Positions 13,751 through 26,920 of a stretch of 64,000 bases of DNA are shown here, piece by piece (the first letter of the stretch is position 1; each line of letters begins with the position of its first letter). A program made the translations under genes and the position numbers. This DNA is from Lama guanicoe (Eukaryota), in NCBI GenBank assembly GCA_013239625.1, contig MU054323.1:4504214-4568213 (forward strand). The letters are read 5' to 3'. The notes under the pieces are model-generated. The model saw only the letters and a program-made list of their open reading frames with translations, searched no databases and was not told where the DNA came from.

Positions 13751-16257
13751 TTTTTAAATTCATGAAATTATTTCAGTTATAAATGCTTATCCATCTGGAG
13801 AAGTGGCACTGGATTTCTCAGCCGCAGGAAGTCATGTCTTTCAATCCAGTAGCCCCTGTTCCTTGCATGTGTCCGCCTTCTGGGAGAGGGAAGTGGAGTG
13901 TGTGTGCTTTAATAAAAGCCTCCTGAGTAATTGTGACGTTATCCCCCACCCTCACTATCAGTTGAGAAGCATTCCACATGTATCGTGGAGAATTCTATGA
14001 CAGGTGCTTTGCTAGTGGCCGTGGCCAAACAGGGATTCAAACCACGAAAGAGAATTTCCTGTAGAAATGATTTTAACTGAGTTAAGAATTCTAGTCTTTG
14101 CCCTCTCAGCATTTGTCTGCATACATCTGAGGGGTTCATGTGGTGGCCCTGTGTGATGGAGCAGCGCATGTGTTCTTCTCTTGTGAGTTTCAGAAGTGGC
14201 TGTCTACTGTCTGAAGACACTGCTGATCACTTTCCAAAGGGCTTAACAGCTGGACTTTGCTGTACCTTACCAAAACTCAGATGCAGAACCATGGTTGCCT
14301 TCACTGGTCAGCTCATGCCAGAATCTCAAGAGGATTTGGGGGGAGGGGAGCAGAAATAATGCAAGGATTTTTCTGGAGTAAGTGCTTGTGTTTTGAGGAG
14401 TGGAAGGAGTCCTTAAATTTCCTGAAACTTTATATATACATGTATACATGAAAAACTCTTGTATATCTGGGGATTTCATTTGGGAGGAATTTAATAGACT
14501 CATAGGGTCTGAGATCCAGAAAGTTCAATGACCAGTAACTTAAGAACAAGTGACATATGTTCCTATTCCTTTTTCCAACTGGGCATAGAGATTATAAAAT
14601 GAGAGTCTGGTCTAGTGGAGGAGACAGATATATTAAACAAATAGTAACTTAAATCGTGTGAATGCTATGTGGGTGCAGAGTCCTTGGAAGGTCAGTGAGA
14701 CTTCAAGTCACTTGAGCGGAATGAGAAGGGTTTGTTGGTCAGCGAAGATTCCCACTGTCACTCTGCAGATGAAACCACAGGGTATGGCAGTTCTCTGCCT
14801 CTGACATAATCACGGGAGAGCTGGCAGCTTCCTGCAGCACGGTCGCCGGTCACCATTTGCCCCAGCTCAGGGATTACAAACTTACCCCAAGCTGCCTCAG
14901 AGAAATGTTCCCTCATCAGTCTCATCAGTGTCTTTCACTCTCCAGGGTTCTGAGTGTTTTTTTTCTTCTGAGGACACTTTAGTTCATTAGCTCTGGGGAC
15001 AGGAGCAAAAAGAAAATATAAAACAATTCTCTGAAAACACATCTAGGAAACATACCGTTGTGCAAGCTAATTAGCTTTTGAAAAAGCAGTACTCTCATCA
15101 AGATTTCCATATATCGTGCATGGCCTAATTATAGCGACAATAATACCCAGGATTTACAAAGAGCTTTTCAATGTGTATCTCTGCAATTATTTCAATTATC
15201 CACTGAATAGCCTTAGGAAAAGAAAAGAGGTAGATGAAGAAGCCGAGTTTTGCAGGGGCCAGTGTAGCGTGCATTATTTTCACGGTTGGAGCTAGACTCT
15301 TGATCCTGTTCCATCCTCAGGGTCTAAAGTCCTGGCTGCTTAACTCATTACTGTTTGCAAAAGACAAAGAAAAAAGATCCATGATAATACTAGGGATTAC
15401 GCTAGCCTTGATTATTTTTTGTTACTGACTAAAAGAGACCAGGTATATGGTCCTGCTCATACTTATCTCTCAATTATTTTCTGAATGAATAAATAAATGA
15501 ATGAGTGATTCACTCAATGAACTGTAGAGACCCAGGCTTTGGCAGGAAAAGCTGACATAAACATAGTGGTTCAGGAGCCCACACCAGACATGTCATATAA
15601 GCCAGCTGAGAAATTACTCATATTCAAACTGGCTGACATGTGATAGTTTACAAAGGATTTCTTGGAAGAGAAGGAGCTCAAAGAAGACAGTTCCATGAGA
15701 AATTAATGGGAAGTTGCTTAAAATGTTCAAAATCAAAAAAAAAAAATATGAGCAGTGAGTATGAGAAAATGGAGGACAATAGTCAAGCACATAATAGGTA
15801 CTTAATGACTGACACAGAGACTTAGAAAAATATGCCTTTTCTTGAATGACACCAGTGCACTTATTTTGTGTTTAAAGGGTGAAGTTTCAGTAGCTTCCAG
15901 GAGAGTTCAAGAGATCCTTGTTTAAAGAAGTGTTTCCATCAGTTTGTACTCAGCAGATTATGCAGTAATTTCTTCCATAAGCTTTCCACTTCAGCCATAT
16001 TTATGACTTTGGGGTGACTTTGCCTTTTAGTTAAACATGCCACATAGGAATACAGGCTCTTTCATTCCTGTTCTCAGTCATCAAAGCCCATGCTTGAAAA
16101 TCTCTTGGTCTGATACTATTAAATGCATTTTTTCCTAGAGATAGCATTACCTGGGGGTGGATGGGTGGCTGTGGCACATAGTTGTCCAATGGATGCCATT
16201 AGTTGGCTAAGCATACAATTTCTTAGGTCCTACAGATAAGATTGAGAAGAGGTTGTA

Positions 16258-17527
16258 TTGGGAAACCTGGACAATCACATGCAAAAGAATGAAACTAGAC
16301 CACTATCTCCTACCATATACAAAAATCAACTCAATATAAATGAAAGACTTGAAGATAAGACCTGAAACCACAAAACTCCTAGAAGAAAACATAGCAGTAC
16401 ACTCTATGACATCAGTTCTAAGCACTATCTTTCTGGGCATGTCTCCTTGAACAAGAGGAATACAAGCAAAAATAAATAAAACTACATCAAACTAAAAAGC
16501 TTCTGCACAGCAAAGGAAACCATCAACAAAACTGAAAGACAAGCTACTAAATGGAGAAGATATTTTCAAAACACCTTTCTGATAAAAGAGTTTATATCCA
16601 AAATATATAAATAACATATACAACTCAGCAATAAAACAAACAACCTGATTAAAAGGCAGAGAAGATGAATGAGTAGACATTTTTCCAAAGAAGACCTAAA
16701 AATGGCCAACAGGCACATGAAAAGAAGTTAAACATCACTGGATATTAGTGAAATGCAAATCAAAACCACAATGAGCTATCACCTTATGCCTGTTAGAATG
16801 GCTATTATCAGAAGGGTGAGAATTAATAAGTCTTAGTGAGGATGTGGAGGAAAGAAGCCCCCCAGAGAGTGCTGAGAGTGTGAATTTGCTGCTACCAAAA
16901 ACAGTATGGAGAGTCTCCAAAAAATAAAGACTAGAACTACCACCCAGCTATTCCACTTCTGGATATTTATCCAAAGAATATGAAAACACTAATTTGAAAA
17001 GATATATCCCCCCTATGTTCATCACAGCGTTATTTACAATAGCAGAGATATGGAAACAACCTAAGTGCCCATCCATGGAGGAATAGATTAAAAAAGATGT
17101 GAGATACACACACACAGACACACAATGGAATATTACTCAGCCATAAAAACGAAAACTTAACCATTTGCAACATCATGGATGAACCTTGAGAGTATTATGC
17201 TTAAGTGAAATAAATCATATATAGAAAGACAAAAGCTGTATGATTTCACTCAAATGTAGAATATGAAAACAAATAAGCAAAATAAGTTAACAAACCAAAC
17301 CCAATGAAAACAAACACATAGATACAGAGAACAATGTCAAGGTTACCAGAGGGGATCGGGGGCGTGTTGGTGGGTGAAAAGGTAAAGGGGTTCTACCGTA
17401 CAATTATGGTTGGAAACTAAACTTTTGATGTTGAGCACACTTCAATGTATACAAAGTTGAAATATAATGTTTTGCACATAAAACTTACATAATGTTATAA
17501 GCCAATGTTACCTTGATACATTTAAAA
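16258..17527 (+). mobile_element. 5'-truncated L1 (L1MA-like): end of ORF2 (broken) plus 3' UTR
   Basis: aaaagcttctgcacagcaaaggaaaccatc (KSFCTAKETI), gaaatgcaaatcaaaaccacaatgag, caatggaatattactcagccataaaa; frameshifts and stops throughout. Confidence 0.95.
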
Positions 17528-20135
17528 AATTTTTTTCAATTTAAAAGAAGAAAAATTGTGAATCTTAGAGGTCAGAGACTGGAAGGAAAGGTGGAAAAGT
17601 CAGGCAGGGAATTCAAATAGTAGGTAATTGGATTGAACATTAACCTAAGTAGTAGAGCCAAGTCAGCAAAAGTAGAAGAGGTAGAGCAGTTGACGATTCA
17701 ATGTTTATCCAAGGACAGAAACAAGGACCAGATAACTAGGTAAAGAGAGCTGAGGACCTGCATCCTTCACAATGTATGTCAACAGACTCTGTCTTGAGGG
17801 TGCACATTAACAGCCAAAGCACAGGATATGCTTCAGTGAGGTAGCATCGCTCCTGATTAGATCAAGGTAGATAGCCAGTCCCTCTGGAGGGTCTAATACA
17901 CACCTTACAAATTATAGGTAACAAGGTGTAGACGATAAAGTGTTGAAAAGACCAGTTGTGAAATGACTGCATTTACATGTGAGCACCTGTTCCCTCTGGC
18001 ATTCTGATGCAGCTGTTTTTTTCCCCCCTGGAAAATAACCCCACAAAAGCATTTCAATTTTTCACACAGAGGATGTATATCCATCCAGGTTATATCCCAA
18101 ATTCTCAATCTGTGAAGTGCTCTTTTCAATTTAAACAAAGCAAAACAACAACAAAAAATGAGAATGTATCCTTTCATAGCATCTATCTAGAATCAAAGTA
18201 GAAAGACAAATGAAGACTATGTTACAGATGAAAAATTACCAGGAAATTTCAATAGAGATACTCTGTTCTAGAAAGAAAATGCCAGCAGAGAAAACTGTTC
18301 ATACATAAAGTGACTGAGAATGATTGATGGGTCAGCTTCCAAGATATTTGAGATTCTGCAAACTATTCAGAAAATAAATTGCAAATGAGCACAATGTTAT
18401 GGATTTGGAGCTTACAAAGTAAGCTCTGATTTGGACTGTTCATTAATGCCAAGAAATAACATTTTAAATTGTAAACAATTCATAATACCAAAGGATTTTC
18501 CTCCAATTAAACTCATAGTAATACATTTTGCTCTACTAGATAGATACATCCCTTGTAAGTTGTTCTGTGACATTTGACTTAAGGCAAGTGATGCAAGGTA
18601 ATCGTGGGCAGAGAGGCTGCCAAAGGGAGAAGCATTGTGATCAATAGGCTGCTTTTGTTGTTGGCAAACACTGTCAGGGGATGATCAGCGTCAGAGCTTG
18701 GAGCCAGAGAAAGCTAATAAGATGAGTGGCATGTTTCCCACAATATGCTCTAAGTGTTTATGTGCTGTTCAAAGCGAGATCTGTAAACACATTGCGGACA
18801 AAGAGAATACAACATTATTGATGGCACCCTCTTGATTTATGTTTTTAGCATCTGTGGATAATAACTCCATTTGTCAGAGGGACCCTTGTGAATACTAATT
18901 TAGGGGGACAATCCAACCATGGCCAGCCTAGCTTTGGGTGATGCCCTTTCGCTCTTAAGTGTTTTCCTAGGATTATAGGATGTGGAGTGTCCTTTATCTC
19001 TGAAGAAGCACACTGGATTTGGGAGATTTTAGGTACAGTTGTTTGCGGAAGTTCGCAGATGCTCACAAGGTCGCGTTTAACAGAATTAGAGGCAGTGTCT
19101 TTGAATTCAAGCTTGTGTTTCCTGAAAGCAATTTTGAGTTTAATTCTAAATGCCTCTAAATCCAAGAGAAAAAAAAATAATAATGCCAACTTTTGCTTTG
19201 GAGGAAATATGACAACAGAGAACATTTCTTCAACTTGTTTTAAGTAAATAAGTGATCTTTTTTTCTCCTAATATTGTTGTAGTATTGGTAAGCTGTTAGA
19301 GGTCTTGGATCTCAGGAAGGTATACCCTGTAGAGATAGAGTATAGAGTTAATGGTGATTGGAAGGTGCGAAATAAGCCATTTACCACCCTGTGAATCCAC
19401 CATAATATATCCATTCTGTTTGAGAATCTTAACCAAAATTCAAGCAACCTAATTTTCTGTCACTCTGAAAATCCTCCGATGTTTTGTGATTCTCAATCCA
19501 TATTAGGAAGAAATAATTCTACAGATTCATGCAGATTTTTCATGAAAAACTTGCCATTTTTTGTCCATATGCAAGTGTACTACCTCTTGCCAATCCTACC
19601 TTCCAGAGATGGTCCCCTCTGCACTTGCCCTTGCTCTGTTCCTTGGTACGTGGTTATGTGAGTAAAGCAGGCTGATCACATTGGAGGTGGGAGAAAGGAG
19701 AGATAAGGTCACAATGTAGACCATAAGGACATCATTCTAGAGGTGTCTGTCAGAAGGGAAGCCAACATCCCAGATGCACCAGCCTGCTGCACACATAATG
19801 GGGATCTGTTCACCAAAGAAACAGGTTGTCTTCGTTTCTGCTAAACTCACTCAATAGAGTGATGTTTACTGACCATATACAGGATATTTGTAAACACTGG
19901 TATTATTCATGCATCTGACACCAAATGACTTTTTTCAGTGAGGTTTCCACCAGAACTCTTTATAAAAATCTTGAATAAAGCAAATTGAATAAAACACTTA
20001 CAAATCTTCACGTGTTTTTTCAGTTTACTATTACCATACCAATTGTCTGACAATACCCCCTTCTCTGGCTTCCCTGGTCGCTTTTTGGGAGCACCCTAGA
20101 CAACCTTAAATGTTCTACATCCTTACTAGTATCTT

Positions 20136-20497
20136 TTAAAATGTTTTTATCGAGGTATAGTTGATTTACAATGTTGCATTTGTTTCTGGTGTACAGCATA
20201 GTGATTCAGTTATACATACATATATTATTTTTCATATTCTTTTTCTTTACAGGTTACTACAAGCTGTTGAATATCAGTCCCTGTGCTATACGGTAGGACC
20301 TTGTTGTTTATCTATTCTGTACACAGTAGTTTGTATCTGCCACTCCCAAACTCCCAATTTATCCCTCCCTCCCCCTTTCTTTCCTGGTAACCACAAGTCA
20401 GAGAAAGACAAATATCATATGATATCACTTATACGTGGAATTGAAAAAAAGAAAGACACAAATGAACTTATTTACAAAACAGAAACAAACTCACAGA
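20136..20497 (-). mobile_element. Short artiodactyl-type L1 3' end with inverted 5' segment; TSD cttactagtatctt / cttactattatctt
   Basis: Antisense 3' UTR ~20141-20395, then sense segment aagtcagagaaagacaaatatcatatg...actcacagac; 14-bp TSD with 1 mismatch at 20122-20135 and 20498-20511. Confidence 0.9.
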
Positions 20498-21050
20498 CTT
20501 ACTATTATCTTATTATGGAGAATTTTACTGATAAGGACAAAACATGGGGTGGGAGTCAATGTCCACTGGGCCTTCTAGGCCTTTGACCTAAATCCTAAAT
20601 CTCCAAATCCTAAACCACATGACCCAAAATGCATTCTTATGATAGGCCCATGGAAGATTATTTTTATTTCGAATCGTGTTGGAGAACCCCCACCCCGGAG
20701 CACGCTCTGTCCAGGCCCGAGTTCAGGCCGAGCTTGTTTTGAAAGCTGTTCCTCATTGTATCTCCACAGGAAATAATTAGGCTCAGGAAACGTAAGAAAT
20801 TGTTTGTAACACTGGGTGGACCGATCTTGAGCCAGACTGTAGGATATGTCATTTCCCGTCTTATTTGTTAAGGAAACGGCCTTGGATAATAGTGGATATG
20901 GCATCTCAAGTAGCTTGGCCGGGAAAGGAGAGCAAATTACATGTTTTCTGAAGGAGGAAATCTTATTAGCTGTATTATGTAAAGGCTTATTCATTTTTTA
21001 GCCACTTCCCTATCAGAGCTCTCCTTCTTCCTCCTAGTCCATCTTAAGAA

Positions 21051-21162
21051 CATCTGCTGTGCCCACAGCTGTTAAGCACTGACTTTATTATCCCAGCCCC
21101 GGTCCCCGATTCCTTCAGCTGGGCGGTTGGCAGCTGCGATTCGCCCACAGCTGCCACAACTG
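21051..21162. promoter_or_regulatory. Cluster of six E-boxes (candidate bHLH enhancer)
   Basis: CAGCTG at 21066, 21116, 21131, 21148; CATCTG at 21051; CAACTG at 21157; several CpGs retained. Confidence 0.4.
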
Positions 21163-21654
21163 TTGCTACCACCACAGAGCAAATTCAACTAACAAGTAAA
21201 AGCTGGGAGGTAGAAATGTTAAAGCCCACATGACCTCACTGTCCACCATTGCTAACGTCTCGGAAAACAACTTACTGCAATTTCAGAATCAACAACAGTC
21301 CTGTTCTCTTCTTCTCCTGACCCTAAATTACATTGTAATTGAGTCAAAATCCCAGAGACTTGGGCAGTACATTGAGGAGAGAGAAATGAGGATCACACTG
21401 GCTTTTTGTTGAACTTTATAGACTTTATCTGACCCTGACTGAGAAAAAAGATGATATAGTATTGCCTTCCTGGGGCTTGTGTTAAGTCAGGTGTGGAAAC
21501 AGCAGTAGAAGCATGATTTGTCTTGCCTCCAACCGTTTCTGAGCTGGGGATGGGCCCCTGGCACCTAACTCGGTATTCATCACCTCAACCTTCGTTTGAA
21601 AAGCACGTGTAACACTGGGAGAGTTGAGTTTTCCACAGGTTACTCATAACTTCC

Positions 21655-21790
21655 AATTTCAGAGATTGAAGGGAGCTTAGGGGTCTGGTCCAACCTCTCA
21701 CCAAGGAATGGAATCCCTTTTACAGCATTGATAATCAAAAAGGTTCAAGTCTCTGAGAACGCCTAGTGATGGAGCCAATTTCCTTAAAAC
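21655..21790 (-). mobile_element. L3/CR1-like 3' fragment
   Basis: tttcagagattgaagggagcttaggggtctggtccaacctctc...gaatccctttttacagcat-type text. Confidence 0.45.
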
Positions 21791-24271
21791 TCAGCCATAC
21801 TCTACAGAGATTTCAAAACACTGCTTTCCCCTTAATATCAGTCTTAAGCCACTGCATTGATGGATGGGAGTTTGGTTTACAAAGGAAGAAAATATGGAGC
21901 CATTAGGGGTTGGGTGGGGTGCTCCTTGTTGGGTAGACGTTGAAAATGATCTGGAGGTTTTCCTAGTATACAGCTTTTTGGAGTTCAGAGAAGAATATCC
22001 CATGCTGCACGACAGAGGGACACAAATTATGGTTTGAGGGGCCAAGAAAAAAATAGAAGAAAATATTATGTCATCAAAATCTGCTCTGAAACAAATGTAA
22101 GCCTCACACTGTCCAGCATTTCAGGGTGATTCATGAGGGTAAGGTGGGAGGGCTTTGAGGGTTTTACTGGCATAGCTGTTCTGCCTTTGCAGTTGTTACT
22201 AACGTGGAAGTGCTTTCCCATACATCACCGGATCTAGGTAGGGGCTAGATCCCTGGGATCAGAGAGAAGCATTGCTCTGCATTAACAAGACTCAGATTCA
22301 TTGACCTCAGTGCTGGGATCTATGGATGGCCTCCACCTGGGAGCCAAAGAGGAGTTTTAAACTTTCTGATTTCTCTTTGGGGTTGACCATTGTATTTATA
22401 CAGTTCTCTTTATTCCTCAGTGTCCTGTAGGAATGAACCATTCGAAGGCACACACTGCATAAGCTGTAATGATTTCACTTTGGGTCAGGTCCACTGGAGC
22501 ATTAATCATGCCTGAGGGCTGAATTCGGTATCTGAAGGTAGAAATGGCTTTTTAAAAAGTCCATTTCATAAAGTTCTATTTCTCCGTATTAGAACAGAAT
22601 CTTATAATAGCGTTACCTTTGGTGAAAATAGGAACCCGTGTGGTCAAACGCTGTTATTCTCTCTTTTGCATCCTTTTTATCTATCTTACTAGCTCTTTTA
22701 TCTCTGATCTTAAAATACAACAATGCACATGCACCATGCATACTCACTCTCGCCAAAAAGCTCCTACTTAACATCATATCCTCTTCCAGGTACTCTCTGT
22801 TTCTCTTCCACTTTATAAGGTCATATTTTTTAGAAGCAAAAAAAAAAAAATCTGCATATTGATATTTTTGCAATTCTTCAGATCACCCTTTCAGCTTCAA
22901 TGATAATAGGTGGTGTGCATGTGGAGAGTTGGACAATGACACTAAAATTGGAATAATGGCTTAAAGTGGAAAAGAGTTATGCAAATAGTGGTCAGACTGA
23001 GACTGCAAATAGCTATAGAAGTGTGTTGCTTGGCTTTGCACAGGGTAGTTATTGGTATGATCACCACTGATTGAGAAAGCTAAAAATTTGCATACTGGAA
23101 AAGGATAGAAAATTCAAAGGCATCCTCTAGAGCTAATTATCTGGGAAAATTAAACTGGAAAACCCTTAATTGTTTGTTTAGAATTCTATGGCATGGTCTG
23201 GTGGTTTCTCCGACCTGCGGCACTCAGGGACCCGTGGCAGTTGTGACTTCTGTGGATTTCGGCTAATGGGCAGAGCAGGGCCAGCTCAATCCTCAGTGCA
23301 TTTGACCTCTGTCCCACCTTCCAGATGCTTCAGCATAACCAAACTTAGCTTGCTCTGCCCTTGCTGTGAACTTTTTAGAGTATTTGTAGAACATTTCTTG
23401 ATTTTCTTGGTAAGATGCCAAGCCGTGAACCTAATGGTGCACCGAGGTCCCAAGCCCTTGGGTGGACGGATCAGGGGCACGTCCTCACCTATAACTCTGC
23501 TGCAGTTTCTGAAAGGTTTGAATTAGTTCTGTCATGTCAAAAGCAATGTTTGTGGTCTTTATGATGGAAAGAGAGACAAGGACACACTTCTGATATAAGG
23601 AAGAACACACAAAGCCCAGCTGATGACCCACTTATTAAGGAAAAAATGCTGACATGCACATTGTAGAAAACAGTGTGATTTTTGTAATTCTTCGGAGTTT
23701 ATTATAACATTGATTGAATGTTGGATGATAAAGGGATTGTGTTGTGTTGAAAATGATGACGTGCAGGACTTCTAGTCATTTGTTCCATTGTATTTTTTAC
23801 TTTATATAAATGCATTCAACAGTTATTAAACACTCTCCTCCTGTGCATCTGTACCTGTGAGAGACAACAGAGACGCAGATGTTAACGAGTGACGTGTATG
23901 TGTGCACACTTTTAACTCATGGATTTAATGTTAACCCCCTACACCCATTCCACCCACCCCATGTTGGGAAGTGCTCAAGGGCAGGGAACAGAATCAACTA
24001 AAGCTAATTTAAGAAGAAGCAGAGTTATTGTAGATTCTTAAATGGTGTATACAATTATTGACAAAGCTAGAAGGACATTCATTCTAGGATTGACTCTTGA
24101 AGTTACACGATAGAAAAGAACCACCAGGGAGCTGATTATTCTGCCACAATTAGGCAATTTCCCTGTTGAACTGGGAAGCCCCTGATGCTGCCGTTAGTTA
24201 CTTCAGAAACCTGCCACTTCTCTGACGATCTGGACCAGCAAAACTATCGGGTACACACACACATATTGTCT

Positions 24272-24592
24272 CTACCGCTGATGTCCAGTAACAACGTAAT
24301 GCAAGATGCATCTGTCATTTTAATTTTTCTGATAGCCACATGAAAAAAACCAAGGAGAAATAACTGAGATTAATTTTAGTAATGTATTAGCTAATCCAAT
24401 ATATCCCAAATGTTATCATTTTAACAAGAAAGCAAGATAAATTTATAAATGACATGTTTTACATAATTTTTTCACACTAAGTCTCCAAAATTAGGTGTAT
24501 ATTGTACATGTGCAGCGTGTATCAAGAGTAGTCACATTTAAGTGCTTAATAACGCCTGTGGCTAGTGGCTACCATATTGGATGGCGTAAATA
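24272..24592. mobile_element. hAT-Charlie MITE (MER33-like)
   Basis: tttaatttttctgatagccacat...taatccaatatatcccaaatgttatcatttt...cctgtggctagtggctaccatattgga. Confidence 0.85.
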
Positions 24593-25944
24593 TACAACTT
24601 GCCAGTTTTTTTATTTTACGTATATACTCAGCAGAGCAATTCCATTCAAGTTCTTCTAAGCTGGATGCTTTTTCTGTCTTTGAAAATGTCTCTTAAGGCA
24701 ATTGCTTTCTTTACAGTAAATTGCAAATATGTGTGCCTTTGACCCGTGTAAAACATCAAGTCTCTAAAGGTTGAAGACTACATTTATAATCTTATATACC
24801 ATCATGTCCATAATAAACGTTTAACATCTACTTTAATGCATAATTGATTAAATGAAGTAGTAGATAAATTAGTGAATGGATATAAATCGACAATGAGGAT
24901 TGGCTGTTAGGATTGTTCTAAGTTAAGCAGTCAAATTGGAATTATACATCTGGCGTGCTGCCCAATAACCTTCCAGAGTGTCGGTTTCTCTAACTTCATG
25001 AAATTCTTGTTGCTTCTTGTTGCTGATTTCTAGCCAGACATAGTGCAGATTAATCACAGAATAGATGTTTTATTTCTTCCAGTGGAGTGCCTACCACTGA
25101 ACACAGGAGCAAGTTTCTGGATTGGACTCTCTGCACATCTATCTGAGTTGAGGTCTGAGGTGATAGTGATAATTAAGTAACACATTTTTCAAATGGTCAG
25201 AGACTTCTGATTTGCTTGTGACTTGTTAGAGATACTAGCCCTTAATAACAGGGCGACTACAAGACAGCACACTGCATGATTTTCTTCACCATTGATGGAC
25301 ATGCAATAGCCATTTGTGCCTTCTGTGTGTCATCATGATGTCAGGTGAATGATAACACTGGAAACTTTAAGAAATCATGTAAGAAGGACAGAGGAAATAG
25401 AAATGTCCGCGGATGCTAGAGCAATTTCTGATAGCATCCCCTACACAAACCTGTACTTACTGCCCACAAAGGAGCTCACTCCTGCCCTCCATGAAGACAG
25501 AGAGCAATCCCTAGAAGGCACCAACCATCCTTACGAGACCTTGAGGCTCATGAATTTATGACTGTTGGCAGTTTGTTTTTATAGACATTTTATGTACTTC
25601 TATGAATGCAAAAAATGCACAATAAGACTTGCATTCTAGATTTTCTTTAAAAGACAAAAAAGAAAAGCTATAACAAGGCTCCACAATAAAGAAACAAAAG
25701 TGGCAGAACTAGATGACTTAAATGGACCTTCTGAAAGTTCATGGTTCCATGGCTCCAATAACAGCCAAATTAACAGAATGGCCCAGACATTCGGGCAAAC
25801 AGACTTTTCATCATTTCAACGGGGAATAATCAAAACATTTTGTTAAGACGACACAGCGGAGTCTTAAAATATTTCAAGGAGATGCAGTCAGAACAGGACA
25901 CATGATATACTCTTTACAGCTTAAAATAATAACTTTGTTGGATA

Positions 25945-26500
25945 AGCGAATGAATTAACTTATAAAGTGGACATGGAATGCCTTCTATGTGCCAGACACT
26001 GTGGTCAGTAGATATAAAATAATGGATAAGATATGGTCCTTGACCTCTAGGGGAAAACAATCTAAAAAGGGAAACAGACAGATGTATAGTTAATACAGTG
26101 TGGATAGGATGTTATAAAGGAAGAAATAAAATTCTACGGTAGCCAATATGTAAAGAGTATAAAACTTGAAAACTTGCTGATTAGCTACTATATGGGGTGT
26201 GTGTTAAGGAATGTCTGGGAATTTGCAGGTGACATCGAAGAAGAGTATTTTAGAGATAGAGACTTGCAGGTGACATTGAGGAAGTATATTTTAGAAAGAA
26301 CAGCACGTGAAAAGACTTGTGAGTATTATAAAGCACTTTCTGTTCAAGGAGGTGTAAGACTTTTGGTATAAATGAAGTTAGTGTACCTGGACTGGAGGTG
26401 GAGCTGTTGGGAGAGAGCAATAGGGAGGTAAGGAAGGATAACCAAAAAGCTATGTTGTGTCTAGAGCATTTCCTGTAATGCCATTCAGATGCCTTCGACT
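25945..26500 (-). mobile_element. L2 fragment
   Basis: gaatgccttctatgtgccagacactgtgg...ataagatatggtccttgacctctagg. Confidence 0.75.
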
Positions 26501-26511
26501 CTGTTCTGTCA

Positions 26512-26818
26512 CAGTGCTTTCCGAACAATTCCGTGGGAAATGTTAATGGGTGCTCCATTACAAAACAAAACAAACCCAGAAAACCTTAATTCCATGGTCA
26601 AATAAATCTGCAAACTTTTGGTTAAATGAGGTAGGTAAGGTTTCTTAATGCAAAATTTCTCCAAGGGTTGATATGCTAATATTCATATGTATTATGAATC
26701 TTAAGTGGAATGAATGCAAGAAGTATTTCTCAAATGTATTTGACTGCAAAAAAAAAATTCTGAGCATACTGATTAATAATCTAAGAGTTTTATGGAGCAC
26801 CACTTAGGAAATATTGTT
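26512..26818. mobile_element. hAT-Charlie derived element (MER113/Charlie4-like)
   Basis: Ends cagtgctttccgaa ... ttaggaaatattg form degenerate terminal inverted repeats; internal atggtcaaataa / tatttgact pair. Confidence 0.6.
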
Positions 26819-26840
26819 CTATAGGCCATAGAAAATCCTA

Positions 26841-26848
26841 TCTTTCTT

Positions 26849-26904
<56 letters not shown>

Positions 26905-26920
26905 CCTACCTACCTACCTA
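26841..26920. repeat. Compound tetranucleotide microsatellite (TCTT)2(TCTA)14(CCTA)4
   Basis: Read directly from the sequence. Confidence 0.97.

Noticed and set aside
16258..17230. L1 ORF2 as a coding sequence
   Set aside because: 5'-truncated with many frameshifts and stops; also no convincing TSD.
20161..20586. 141-aa ORF
   Set aside because: Chance read-through of an inverted L1 3' UTR; not a gene.
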